DNA from: an uncultured Chloroflexia bacterium
GTDB taxonomy: Bacteria > Chloroflexota > Limnocylindria > QHBO01
Reading direction: 5' to 3'
DNA: 64,000 nucleotides
NCBI GenBank assembly: GCA_963782015.1
Contig: CAWAHY010000003.1
Span: forward strand, 72,499 to 136,498
Shown: in pieces, positions 16,324 to 24,221 of the stretch
How positions within the stretch are numbered: the first letter of the stretch is position 1
Layout: every line of letters starts with the position of its first letter
The notes under the pieces: generated by a model
The model's input: the letters and a program-made list of their open reading frames with translations, nothing else
The model's database searches: none
Told to the model about the DNA's origin: nothing
Position numbers and translations under genes: made by a program

Positions 16324-18608
16324 CCGCCCGCCAGCCCGGCCAGCAGCTCTCCGACGACCTGCTTGCCGCGCGGCCCAACCTCGGTCACCGGGCCGACGCA
16401 CGACGGGCAGCCGTCAGCGCATCCGCAGTCGCCGACCAGCTCGGCGCAGGCGCGGACCAGGTCATCGGTCAGGCCGAAGAGGCGCTCGGTGAGCCCCACC
16501 CCGCCCGGCACGGCGTCGTACAGGTACAGGGTCGGGCGGCCGGTGAACGGCGCCTGGACCTGGGCCAGCACGCCGACGTCGCGCGGGTCGCACATCAGCA
16601 GCAGCGAGGCCGTGGTGCGGGCCACCCGCGCCAGGCCGATCAGGGCGCCGTCGAGCGTGTCGCGGTCGTATCGGTTCACGAGCTCCGCCGGCGGCACGAG
16701 CCAGCAGGCGGTGGTGTGCATCTCCTGCTCGGGGATGCTGATCGAGCCCCAGCCGACGTTCTCGTGGGTGTGGTACTTGATCTTCTTGAACATGGTCACC
16801 TTCCAGGCGACCATCACCTCCCCGCGCTGCCGCATGCCGGCCGGAGGCAGATCGGCCTCGTCGAAGACCTCGAGCACCTTGAGGGTGATGCCGAGGTCGG
16901 CATCGGTGTAGTAGTCGACATCGGTGCGCGAGACGTAGGCCTTGCGCTCCTCCCAGTCCAGCCGATCGACGTGGTGCTGCACGCCCTCGTGGATGTAGAT
17001 CGCCTTCTCGTGGACGAGCAGCGGTGCCGCGAAGAGGTCGACCTCGCCGAGCACGCGATGGCGATCGCCGGTGGTATCGACGATGACCACGTTCTCCGGC
17101 GCGCCGCTGCGCAGGCTGAAGGAGCTGGCCGGGAAGTTCTCGTGGCTCCAGTAGTACCGATCGTCCTCGGCCCGGCGCAGGTAGCCGTCCTCTTCGAGGA
17201 CGTCGAGCAGGGTCGCCGTCTCGTCGATGCCGAAGCGCTCGGCGGCGGGTACCGGCAGCTCGAAGCTCGAGGCTCGCAGGTGATTGACGAGCACGTGGAG
17301 GTTGTCGGGGTTGATCAGCCCGTGCTCCGGCGACTGGTCGAAGAGGTAGTCGGGGTGCGCGGCCAGGAACTGGTCGATGGGCGCCGAGGAGCAGACCAGC
17401 GCCGAGAGGCTCGTCCCCGATCGGCGGCCCGCCCGCCCCATCTGCTGCCAGGTCGAGGCGATGGTGCCGGGGTAGCCGACGCTGATGGCGGCGTCCAGCC
17501 CGCCGATGTCGATCCCCAGCTCGAGCGCGTTGGTCGCCACCACGCCGCGCACGCGACCGTCGCGCAGGCCGCGCTCGATCTCGCGCCGCTCATTGGGCAG
17601 GTAGCCGCCGCGATAGCCGCGGATCGTGTGCGGATGGCCGGGCGGTGGCGCAAAGGTCTCGCGCAGGTAGCTGGTCAGCACCTCCACCGCGGTCCGCGAC
17701 CGGGCGAAGGCGATGGTCTGCACCCCGCCGCCGATCAGGCGCTCGGCCAGGTGCTGGGCGGTCAGCAGCGACGATCCGCGGATCCCCAGGTGCGGGTTCG
17801 CGACCGGGGGGTTGACCACGAGGATGTGCCGGCGGCCGCGGGGAGCGCCGTTCTCGTCGATCAGCTCGACCGGCGCCTCGATCAGCCGCTCCGCCAGCTC
17901 GCCGGGGTTGGCGATGGTGGCCGAGGCGCAGATGAAGACCGGATTCGCGCCGTAGTGGCGGCAGACGCGCCGCAGGCGGCGCATGACGTTGGCCACGTGG
18001 CTGCCGAACAGGCCACGGTAGGTGTGCAGCTCGTCGATGACGACGAACTGCAGGTTCTCGAAGAGCTTGAACCACTTGGTGTGGTGGGGGAGGATCGCGG
18101 CGTGCAGCATGTCGGGGTTGGTGATCACGACCTGCCCCGCGGAGCGCACCACGCTCCGCACGTTGGGCGGCGTGTCCCCGTCGTAGGTGTGCGTCTTGAG
18201 CGGGAGCTCGGCCGCGTCGGCGAGCGAGCGCAGCTCGACCAGCTGGTCGGCCGCCAGCGCCTTGGTGGGGAAGAGGTACAGCGCGCGGGCCGCCGGGTCG
18301 TGAGCCACCGCGTCGAGGACCGGCAGGTTGTAGCAGAGCGTCTTGCCCGAGGCGGTCGGCGTCACCACGCACGCGTTGCGGCCGGCCCGGACCGCTTCGA
18401 CGGCGCGGGCCTGGTGGGTGTAGAGCGCCTCGACCCCACGTCCACGAAGCGCATCGACCAGGCGAGGGTCGAGGCCCTCCGGCCACGGCGCGTGACGGGG
18501 CGGCATCGGCTCCAGCACCCGGTGCGCGGCGACCAGCGGCTCCAGCGCGGGGTCCGCGAGGAAGGCGGCGATCGCCTCGTCGGCGGAGGTCGGGCGGTCG
18601 AGCAGCAT
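16320..18608 (-). CDS. mrfA: DEAD/DEAH-box helicase with C-terminal DUF1998 4-Cys domain (YprA/MrfA-like)
   Basis: ORF 16320..18638. Start placed at ATG 18608 (MLLDRPTSADEA...) because AAGGAG lies 6 nt upstream. Motifs TPTASGKTLCYNLP, VIDELHTYRG, SATIANP, ATNALELGIDIG, QQMGRAGRR. C-terminus ...DCGCADGCPSCV is typical of DUF1998. Confidence 0.88.
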   Translation of the reverse strand: MLLDRPTSADEAIAAFLADPALEPLVAAHRVLEPMPPRHAPWPEGLDPRLVDALRGRGVEALYTHQARAVEAVRAGRNACVVTPTASGKTLCYNLPVLDAVAHDPAARALYLFPTKALAADQLVELRSLADAAELPLKTHTYDGDTPPNVRSVVRSAGQVVITNPDMLHAAILPHHTKWFKLFENLQFVVIDELHTYRGLFGSHVANVMRRLRRVCRHYGANPVFICASATIANPGELAERLIEAPVELIDENGAPRGRRHILVVNPPVANPHLGIRGSSLLTAQHLAERLIGGGVQTIAFARSRTAVEVLTSYLRETFAPPPGHPHTIRGYRGGYLPNERREIERGLRDGRVRGVVATNALELGIDIGGLDAAISVGYPGTIASTWQQMGRAGRRSGTSLSALVCSSAPIDQFLAAHPDYLFDQSPEHGLINPDNLHVLVNHLRASSFELPVPAAERFGIDETATLLDVLEEDGYLRRAEDDRYYWSHENFPASSFSLRSGAPENVVIVDTTGDRHRVLGEVDLFAAPLLVHEKAIYIHEGVQHHVDRLDWEERKAYVSRTDVDYYTDADLGITLKVLEVFDEADLPPAGMRQRGEVMVAWKVTMFKKIKYHTHENVGWGSISIPEQEMHTTACWLVPPAELVNRYDRDTLDGALIGLARVARTTASLLLMCDPRDVGVLAQVQAPFTGRPTLYLYDAVPGGVGLTERLFGLTDDLVRACAELVGDCGCADGCPSCVGPVTEVGPRGKQVVGELLAGLAGG

Positions 18609-18640
18609 CGGTCTCTCCTTGCGGTCATCCGGGGTCAAAC

Positions 18641-18654
18641 CGAACAGATGTTCC
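18641..18654. promoter_or_regulatory. candidate LexA operator (Cheo/SOS box) CGAACAGATGTTCC
   Basis: Perfect GAAC-N4-GTTC palindrome, 33-46 nt upstream of the mrfA-like ATG, in the divergent intergenic region. Confidence 0.55.
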
Positions 18655-18697
18655 CTTCCACCGTAGCACGCCTGTGGACAAGTGCGCGCCGTTCGCC

Positions 18698-18727
18698 TTG
18701 CACGGTGGAAAAGTCGCGGGCTAGACT
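18698..18727 (+). promoter_or_regulatory. sigma-70-like promoter TTGCAC-N18-TAGACT, 9 nt before ATG 18737
   Basis: -35 TTGCAC at 18698-18703 and -10 TAGACT at 18722-18727, with ATG at 18737. No SD lies in the gap. Confidence 0.45.
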
Positions 18728-18736
18728 GCCGAGCAG

Positions 18737-19168
18737 ATGACCAGCCTGGAGATCCCCGCGCGCCGAGCAGCGCCCCCGGAGCGACCGGTGCGGGTGCGCG
18801 TCCCGGCCTCCCGTGGCGGGATCGCGTGGATCGCGGTCCTGCTCATCATCGGGACGTTCCTGGCGGTGCAGATCGGGCGACAGGTCTACACGAGCTGGTC
18901 GATCAACCAGCAGGCGGAGGCGATCCGGGTGGAGATCGCCCGGATGGAGGCGCGCAACGAGGCGCTGCGCCAGGAGCTGGCCTACCTGGAGACCAACGCC
19001 TTCCTGGCCGCCGAGGCGCGACGCCTCCTCAACCTGGGCCTGGCGGGCGAGCAGGTGCTGATCATCCCGCCCGGCGCCGAGGCGCCGCTTCCGGCCGCGC
19101 TGACCGCGAAGCCGCCGCCGGCGAAGCCGCTCGTCGAGCAGTGGCTGGAGCTCTTCTTCGGACCGTAG
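18737..19168 (+). CDS. septum-formation initiator family protein (FtsB/DivIC-like)
   Basis: 143 aa. A single TM helix (IAWIAVLLIIGTFLAV) is followed by a coiled coil with the typical ...QQAEAIRVEIARMEARNEALRQELAYLETNAFLAAEARR-LNLG... pattern. Confidence 0.75.
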   Translation: MTSLEIPARRAAPPERPVRVRVPASRGGIAWIAVLLIIGTFLAVQIGRQVYTSWSINQQAEAIRVEIARMEARNEALRQELAYLETNAFLAAEARRLLNLGLAGEQVLIIPPGAEAPLPAALTAKPPPAKPLVEQWLELFFGP

Positions 19169-19187
19169 GTCGGGACGGGAGTCGCGC

Positions 19188-20085
19188 ATGGGCCGATCAG
19201 ACAGGCCGCCCGCGACAGCTGTCTGTCACGTTCGGCCGCGCTTCGGCGGTGGGGCCCCGCTCCTCATCGTGATCCTGGTGCTCGCCGGCTGTGCGTCCTC
19301 CGCCAGCCCGAGCGCCTCGCCCACCCCATCGCTGGGACCCGCCTCGCCAAGCGAGCTGCCGTCCGCCGCCCCGACCGCCACGTCGGCACCGACGCTCGCG
19401 CCCGCGACGCCGACCCCGATCGCGACACCCGTCGGGGGCCGCAGCCAGCTGGTCGCGCACGGCGATCGTGCCTCGGGGCAGGTGGCGCTCACCTTCACCG
19501 TCGGGTATCGCCTCGAACCGGCGATCGAGATCCTGGAGCTGCTGCGAGAGCGAGGCGTGGCAGCCACGATCTTCATGAGCGGGGTCGTCTTCGACCAGGC
19601 CGAGACCCTTGCCGACGCCGAACGGGTGCTCGAGATCATCGCGGAGCGACCGGACCTCTTCCAGCTCGGCCAGCACGGCTACAGCGCGACCGAGCTGCCG
19701 AGCCTCTCCCTCGCCGATGCGACCGCCGAGGTTCGGGACGCGGAGGTGACCCTGGCTGGCCACGGGGCGGGGGATCTGCGCCCCTATTTCAGTCCCCCAG
19801 GCGGCGCCCAGAACGCCGCGGTGCTCGACCTGCTCGGGTCGCTCGGCTACTCGACGACGGTGCTGTGGGACGTGGATCCGCTCGACTGGAAGCCGCCCGC
19901 CGACGGCGGGCCGAGCGCCGAGCAGGTCGCCGCGCGGGTCCTCGATCGAGTGCAGGGCGGCTCGATCGTGCTGCTCCACCTGGGCGGCTGGAACACGCTG
20001 CCGGCCCTGCCGGCGATCATCGACGGCCTCGAGCAGCGCGGCCTCAAGGCCGGTGACCATCGCCGGCCTGCTGGCGCCGTCCTGA
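19188..20085 (+). CDS. lipoprotein with NodB-homology polysaccharide deacetylase domain; 3' end displaced by one extra base
   Basis: Lipobox LVLAGC, Ser/Pro/Thr linker, then NodB-like blocks (VALTFTVGY, ATIFMSG, LGQHGYS, YFSPPGG, IVLLHLGG). Motif 1 is degenerate (TFTVG instead of TFDDG). The track ORF runs to 20213. Skipping one base in GGCCGG 20048-20053 gives the family-typical end ...QRGLKAVTIAGLLAPS* with TGA at 20083-20085. Confidence 0.7.
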
Positions 20086-20203
20086 CGCGAAGGTCAGATG
20101 ACTCGTGCGTAGGGCCGCGGGACCAGCGGGTTGCCGCCGGAATCGACTGTCGGTATTCTCGGGGCGCTCGAGCGGCTGACCGCGCGTCGAGCACGAATCG
20201 CGT

Positions 20204-20278
20204 GGCGGAGTAGCTCAGTGGTAGAGCAGGGGACTCATAAGCCCTTGGTCGGTGGTTCGAATCCGCCCTCCGCTACCA
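20204..20278 (+). tRNA. tRNA with anticodon CAU (elongator Met or lysidine-dependent Ile2), CCA encoded
   Basis: Manual cloverleaf. Acceptor GGCGGAG/CTCCGCT (G1:U72 wobble). D arm GCTC-AGTGGTA-GAGC. Anticodon arm GGGGA-CTCATAA-GCCCT (G27:U43, A31/G39 mismatch). Variable loop TGGTC. T arm GGTGG-TTCGAAT-CCGCC. Discriminator A, then CCA. Confidence 0.85.
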
Positions 20279-20341
20279 GTTCCCCAGCGGGCTGACGAAC
20301 CGCCTGTTGTCCGCTCGCTCAACGGTGGTACAACGGCACCG

Positions 20342-21328
20342 ATGAGCCGATCGCCGCGTCCCAGCGACGCGACCCCGGATCCCCTCCAGCCGATCTCCAC
20401 GGCGGTCGCCGAAGGCGCGGCGCGCCTGTCGATCCCCGATGGTGCCGCCATCCTGCTCGCCGTCTCGGGCGGCCCGGACTCGACCGCGCTGCTGCACGGC
20501 GCCGCACGGCTCGCTCCGGCACGCGGCTGGCGCCTGGCCGTCGCGCACCTGGATCACGCCCTGCGCGCCGGATCGGCCGATGAGGCGGCGGCGGTCGCCG
20601 CGGCCGCGGTGCGGCTGGGGCTTCCCGTCGAGGTGCACCGCACCGATGTCCGCGCCCTCGCCGCCTCCGAGCATCGATCGCTGGAGGATGCCGGTCGCCA
20701 GGCCCGCTACCGGTTCCTCGAGGCGGTGGCAGACCGACTGGACCCTGACATGCTGATCGCCACCGCCCATACGGCCGATGACGCGGCCGAGACGATGCTC
20801 CTGCGACTGGCCCGCGGCAGCGGCCTGCGGGGCGTGCGCGGCATCCCGGCGCGCCGTGGCCGGATCGTGCGTCCGCTCATCAATGCGCGCCGCGCAGTCC
20901 TGCGAGCCGCGCTCGACGCCGCCGGGATCGACTATGCCAACGACCCGTCGAACGCGGATCCGGCGCATGCCCGCAACCGCGTCCGCGCCGATCTGCTGCC
21001 GGCCCTCGAGCGTGTCAATCCCGCCGCGGTCGAGGCGCTGATCCGCTTTGGTGGCCTTGCGGCGGACGACGATGACCTGCTCGAGGCGCTGGCGGCCGCC
21101 GAGCTCGCGAAGCGCACGGACTCCGACGCCTCCATCGATTGGCACCGCCCCCCGGCCCGGGCGCTCGGCCGGCGGGTGCTGCGGCTGGCCCTGGGCGATC
21201 CCCCTCCCGCGGCGGAGCGCATCGAGGCGCTCCTCGACGCGGCGGAGGGCCCGCGCGGCGGGGTCAGCATCGAGCTCGGCGGCGGTCGCCGCGCGTCGGT
21301 GCGCGAGCGCCGCATCCGGCTGGGGTAG
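20342..21328 (+). CDS. tilS: tRNA(Ile)-lysidine synthetase
   Basis: PP-loop motif LLAVSGGPDSTALL, HLDHALR, and TAHTADDAAETMLLRLARGSGL. Start placed at ATG 20342, because the track ORF start 20252 would overlap the tRNA. Confidence 0.9.
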   Translation: MSRSPRPSDATPDPLQPISTAVAEGAARLSIPDGAAILLAVSGGPDSTALLHGAARLAPARGWRLAVAHLDHALRAGSADEAAAVAAAAVRLGLPVEVHRTDVRALAASEHRSLEDAGRQARYRFLEAVADRLDPDMLIATAHTADDAAETMLLRLARGSGLRGVRGIPARRGRIVRPLINARRAVLRAALDAAGIDYANDPSNADPAHARNRVRADLLPALERVNPAAVEALIRFGGLAADDDDLLEALAAAELAKRTDSDASIDWHRPPARALGRRVLRLALGDPPPAAERIEALLDAAEGPRGGVSIELGGGRRASVRERRIRLG

Positions 21329-21384
21329 CGCGCCGGCCGCCGCCCGAGTGTCGCGCGGGCCGGCAGCCATCGGCCGGGAGGCGC

Positions 21385-21390
21385 TACGGT
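21385..21390 (+). promoter_or_regulatory. -10-like hexamer TACGGT, 9 nt upstream of ATG 21400
   Basis: gcgcTACGGTtcgggcgccATG. Weak, but in the same position as the other leaderless-type hexamers. Confidence 0.25.
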
Positions 21391-21399
21391 TCGGGCGCC

Positions 21400-22599
21400 A
21401 TGATCCGGACCACGCCCTTCCACGCGCGCACCAGCGCCCTGAACGCGACGGGTCTGTGGAGCCATTGGGCGGGCCACCTGGCTGCCAACCGCTACCAGGT
21501 GTCGGACAAGTTCGAGTACTTCGCGGTCCGCAACGCGGCGGGGATCTTCGACTCGTCGCCGCTCTTCAAGTACCGGATCGCCGGGCGCGACGCCGAGCGC
21601 TACCTGGCCGGGATCCTGGCGCGTGACATCCGCGCCTGTCCGCCGCAGCACGCCCAGTACACGACCTGGCTCGACGAGCGCGGCTTCGTGCTCGAGGACG
21701 GCGTCATCCAGCGACGCGCCGCGGACGAGTACCTCCTCACCGCGGCCGAGCCGAACTACGGGTACCTCGCCGACCGCATCGGCCGCCTGGCGGTGACCAT
21801 CGAGGAGGTCAGCCTGGAGCACGGCACCATCGCGGTCCAGGGGCCGCGCTCACGCGACCTGCTCAGCCGGCTCGTGCCCGGGGTTGCCTCGGTCCCGTTC
21901 TTCGGCCTGACGAATGGAACCATCGGCGGGGCCGAGGTGGTCGTCTCCCGCACCGGCTACACCGGCGACCTCGGCTACGAGATCTGGATGCAGACCCCGG
22001 ACGCGCTGCGGGTCTGGGACGCGCTGTGGGACGCGGTGGATGGGCACGGGGTGCTGCCGTTCGGCCTCGCTGCCCTCTACATGCTTCGCATCGAGGCGGG
22101 GCTGCTGCTGCTGGCGGTCGACTTCGACTCGAGCCGATTCGCCTTCAACGACGCGCATCGGTCCACCCCGATCGAGCTCGGCTGGTCGTGGATGTTCAAG
22201 GACCTGGCCGCCGATGACCGCGCCTTCATCGGGCGCCGCGCCCTTGAGCGCGAGCTGGCCGAGCGCTCGTCGCGCTGGAAGATGAGCGGCCTGGTCGTGG
22301 ACTGGGAGGACTACGACCGCGTCTATGGCCAGGCCGGCCTCATCCCGCCCAAGCAGCACGCGCCGCTCCACGAGGACTGGATGGTGTACGACGGCGACGG
22401 CCAGCGGGTCGGCTACGCCACCAGCGTCATGTACTCCCCGGTCCTGCAGCGGCACATCGCGCTGGCGCGCGTCCGCCCCGACCTCGCCAAGGTCGGGACG
22501 CGCGTCCAGCTGGAGTTCACGGTGGATCACCAGTACCAGAAGATCGCCGCGCACGTCGCGCGGCTGCCACTCTTCAACCCGCAGCGGAAGACAGCCTGA
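21400..22599 (+). CDS. aminomethyltransferase (GcvT) family protein
   Basis: Start at ATG 21400 (MIRTTPFHART...); the 5' part of track ORF 21139.. overlaps tilS. Family blocks FDSSPLFKYRIAG, IAVQGP, VSRTGYTGDLGYEIW, LRIEAGLLL. Confidence 0.85.
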   Translation: MIRTTPFHARTSALNATGLWSHWAGHLAANRYQVSDKFEYFAVRNAAGIFDSSPLFKYRIAGRDAERYLAGILARDIRACPPQHAQYTTWLDERGFVLEDGVIQRRAADEYLLTAAEPNYGYLADRIGRLAVTIEEVSLEHGTIAVQGPRSRDLLSRLVPGVASVPFFGLTNGTIGGAEVVVSRTGYTGDLGYEIWMQTPDALRVWDALWDAVDGHGVLPFGLAALYMLRIEAGLLLLAVDFDSSRFAFNDAHRSTPIELGWSWMFKDLAADDRAFIGRRALERELAERSSRWKMSGLVVDWEDYDRVYGQAGLIPPKQHAPLHEDWMVYDGDGQRVGYATSVMYSPVLQRHIALARVRPDLAKVGTRVQLEFTVDHQYQKIAAHVARLPLFNPQRKTA

Positions 22600-24188
22600 T
22601 GAACAGCTACGACGCGATCGTCATCGGTGGCGGCCACAACGGCCTGGTCAACGGCGCCTACCTCGCCCGCGGCGGGCTGCGGACCCTCATCCTCGAACAG
22701 CGTCACGTGGTGGGCGGAGCCGCGATCACCGAGGAGCTGCGGCCCGGCTTCTGGTTCACCACCTTCTCGTACGCGCTCTCGCTGCTCCGGCCGCAGATCA
22801 TCCACGAGCTGGAGCTGACCAAGCACGGCTTCCTGCCGCTCCTGATGTCGACCCGCTTCGCGCCTACCGAGGGCGGCGAGTACCTGACCTTCACCAAGCA
22901 CCACGACGCGAACCTGCGCGAGATCGCGCGCATCTCGCCGCACGACGCGGACGCCTACGAGCAGTACAGCCACGACCTGACCCAGGTGTGCCAGGCCTTC
23001 AAGCCGCTGCTCGACATGGTGCCGCCGGACCCGTTCAGCGACGACCCGGAGGAGCTGCTCGCGCTGGCGGGGCTCGGCGCGCGCTTCGGCAAGCTCGACA
23101 AGCGCACGCTCCACAACGCCATCCGCCTGCTCACCGGGAGCGTGGCCGACTTCCTGGACGACTACTTCGAGTCGGAGCTCCTGAAGGGCTACATCGCGTC
23201 GTCGGGGATCATCGGCTCCAAGGTCGGCCCGCGCTCGCAGGGCTCGGGGCTGGTGCTTCTCTTCCACTCCCTGGGCGAGCACGACGGCGAGTTCGGGTCG
23301 TGGGCCTTCCACAAGGGCGGCAACGGGGGCTTCACCCAGGTCCTGGCCCGCGCCGCCGAGGCGTTCGGCGCGGAGATCCGCCTCGACTCGCCGGTGGAGC
23401 ATCTGCTGACCACCGACGGGCGGGCGACCGGCGTGGCGCTGGCCGACGGGACCGAGTTCACGGCCGATGTCGTCGTGAGCGCGCTCGACCCGCGTCGCAC
23501 CTTCCTGGAGCTGGTCGACCCGCGCGAGATGCCCGACGACCTGGTCGAGACGGTGCGCCGCATGAAGTTCCAGGGCGTCTCGTCGAAGGTGAACTTCGCG
23601 CTCGACGGCCTGCCGAAGTACCCGCCGCTCGGCGACCGGGACGACATGTTCCGCGGGTTCATGAACATCGGCCCGTCGATGGACTACCTCGAGCGAGCCT
23701 TCGACGAGGCGAAGTACGGGTGGTACAGCTCCAAGCCATACATCGACTGCGCCATCCAGTCGACGATCGACCCCGACATGGCGCCGCCCGGCAAGCACGT
23801 CCTGTCGTGCTTCGTCCAGTACACGCCGTACCGGCTGCGGGAGAGCGACTGGGACGCCGAGCGCGACAACCTCGGGGACGTGGTGCAGTCCACCCTGGAG
23901 CGGTACTTCCCCGGCTTCGGCAACCTGGTCCTCCAGCGAGAGGTGGTGACGCCGCTCGACATCGAGCGGGTGACCGGGTTGAGCGAGGGAAACATCTTCG
24001 CCGGCGAGCTGCTGGCGCCGCAGATGTTCTTCCTGCGGCCGGCGCCCGGATGGGCCCAGTATCGGACACCCATCGAGGGCTACTACCAGTGCGGGTCGGG
24101 GACGCACCCGGGGGGTTGCGTGATGGGGGCGCCGGGCCGGCTGGCGGCAGGCCAGATCCTCAAGGACCGCGCCGCGCGGGCGGGCTGA
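22599..24188 (+). CDS. FAD-dependent oxidoreductase of the phytoene-desaturase (CrtI-like, COG1233) family
   Basis: 529 aa. Dinucleotide-binding YDAIVIGGGHNGLVNGAYLARGG. C-terminal ...YQCGSGTHPGGCVMGAPGR... is typical of the family. The start overlaps the upstream stop (TGATG). Confidence 0.8.
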   Translation: MNSYDAIVIGGGHNGLVNGAYLARGGLRTLILEQRHVVGGAAITEELRPGFWFTTFSYALSLLRPQIIHELELTKHGFLPLLMSTRFAPTEGGEYLTFTKHHDANLREIARISPHDADAYEQYSHDLTQVCQAFKPLLDMVPPDPFSDDPEELLALAGLGARFGKLDKRTLHNAIRLLTGSVADFLDDYFESELLKGYIASSGIIGSKVGPRSQGSGLVLLFHSLGEHDGEFGSWAFHKGGNGGFTQVLARAAEAFGAEIRLDSPVEHLLTTDGRATGVALADGTEFTADVVVSALDPRRTFLELVDPREMPDDLVETVRRMKFQGVSSKVNFALDGLPKYPPLGDRDDMFRGFMNIGPSMDYLERAFDEAKYGWYSSKPYIDCAIQSTIDPDMAPPGKHVLSCFVQYTPYRLRESDWDAERDNLGDVVQSTLERYFPGFGNLVLQREVVTPLDIERVTGLSEGNIFAGELLAPQMFFLRPAPGWAQYRTPIEGYYQCGSGTHPGGCVMGAPGRLAAGQILKDRAARAG

Positions 24189-24221
24189 GGTGTCGAAGCC
24201 GACCCGCCGAGTGCCCGCCCG

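Noticed and set aside
14686-18740. Plus-strand ORFs 14686-16911 (741 aa) and 16716-18740 (674 aa) covering the mrfA/mrfB region
   Set aside because: They are antisense to the helicase and exonuclease genes, which carry clear Walker/DEAH/DUF1998 and DEDD-type motifs. The plus-strand products are Arg/Gly/Pro/Asp/Val-rich (the second is strongly Asp/Val-rich) and carry no recognisable domain.
20204-20278. Possibility that the CAU tRNA is the initiator tRNA-fMet
   Set aside because: Positions 1:72 form a G:U pair rather than the bacterial initiator C1/A72 mismatch. The anticodon stem also lacks the G29-G30-G31/C39-C40-C41 triple (here G28-G30 pair with C40-C42, and 31/39 is A/G).
20215-20451. 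78-aa minus-strand ORF, and the 5' extension (20252-20341) of the tilS ORF
   Set aside because: Both overlap the tRNA gene (20204-20278). The tilS PP-loop protein has a good ATG at 20342.
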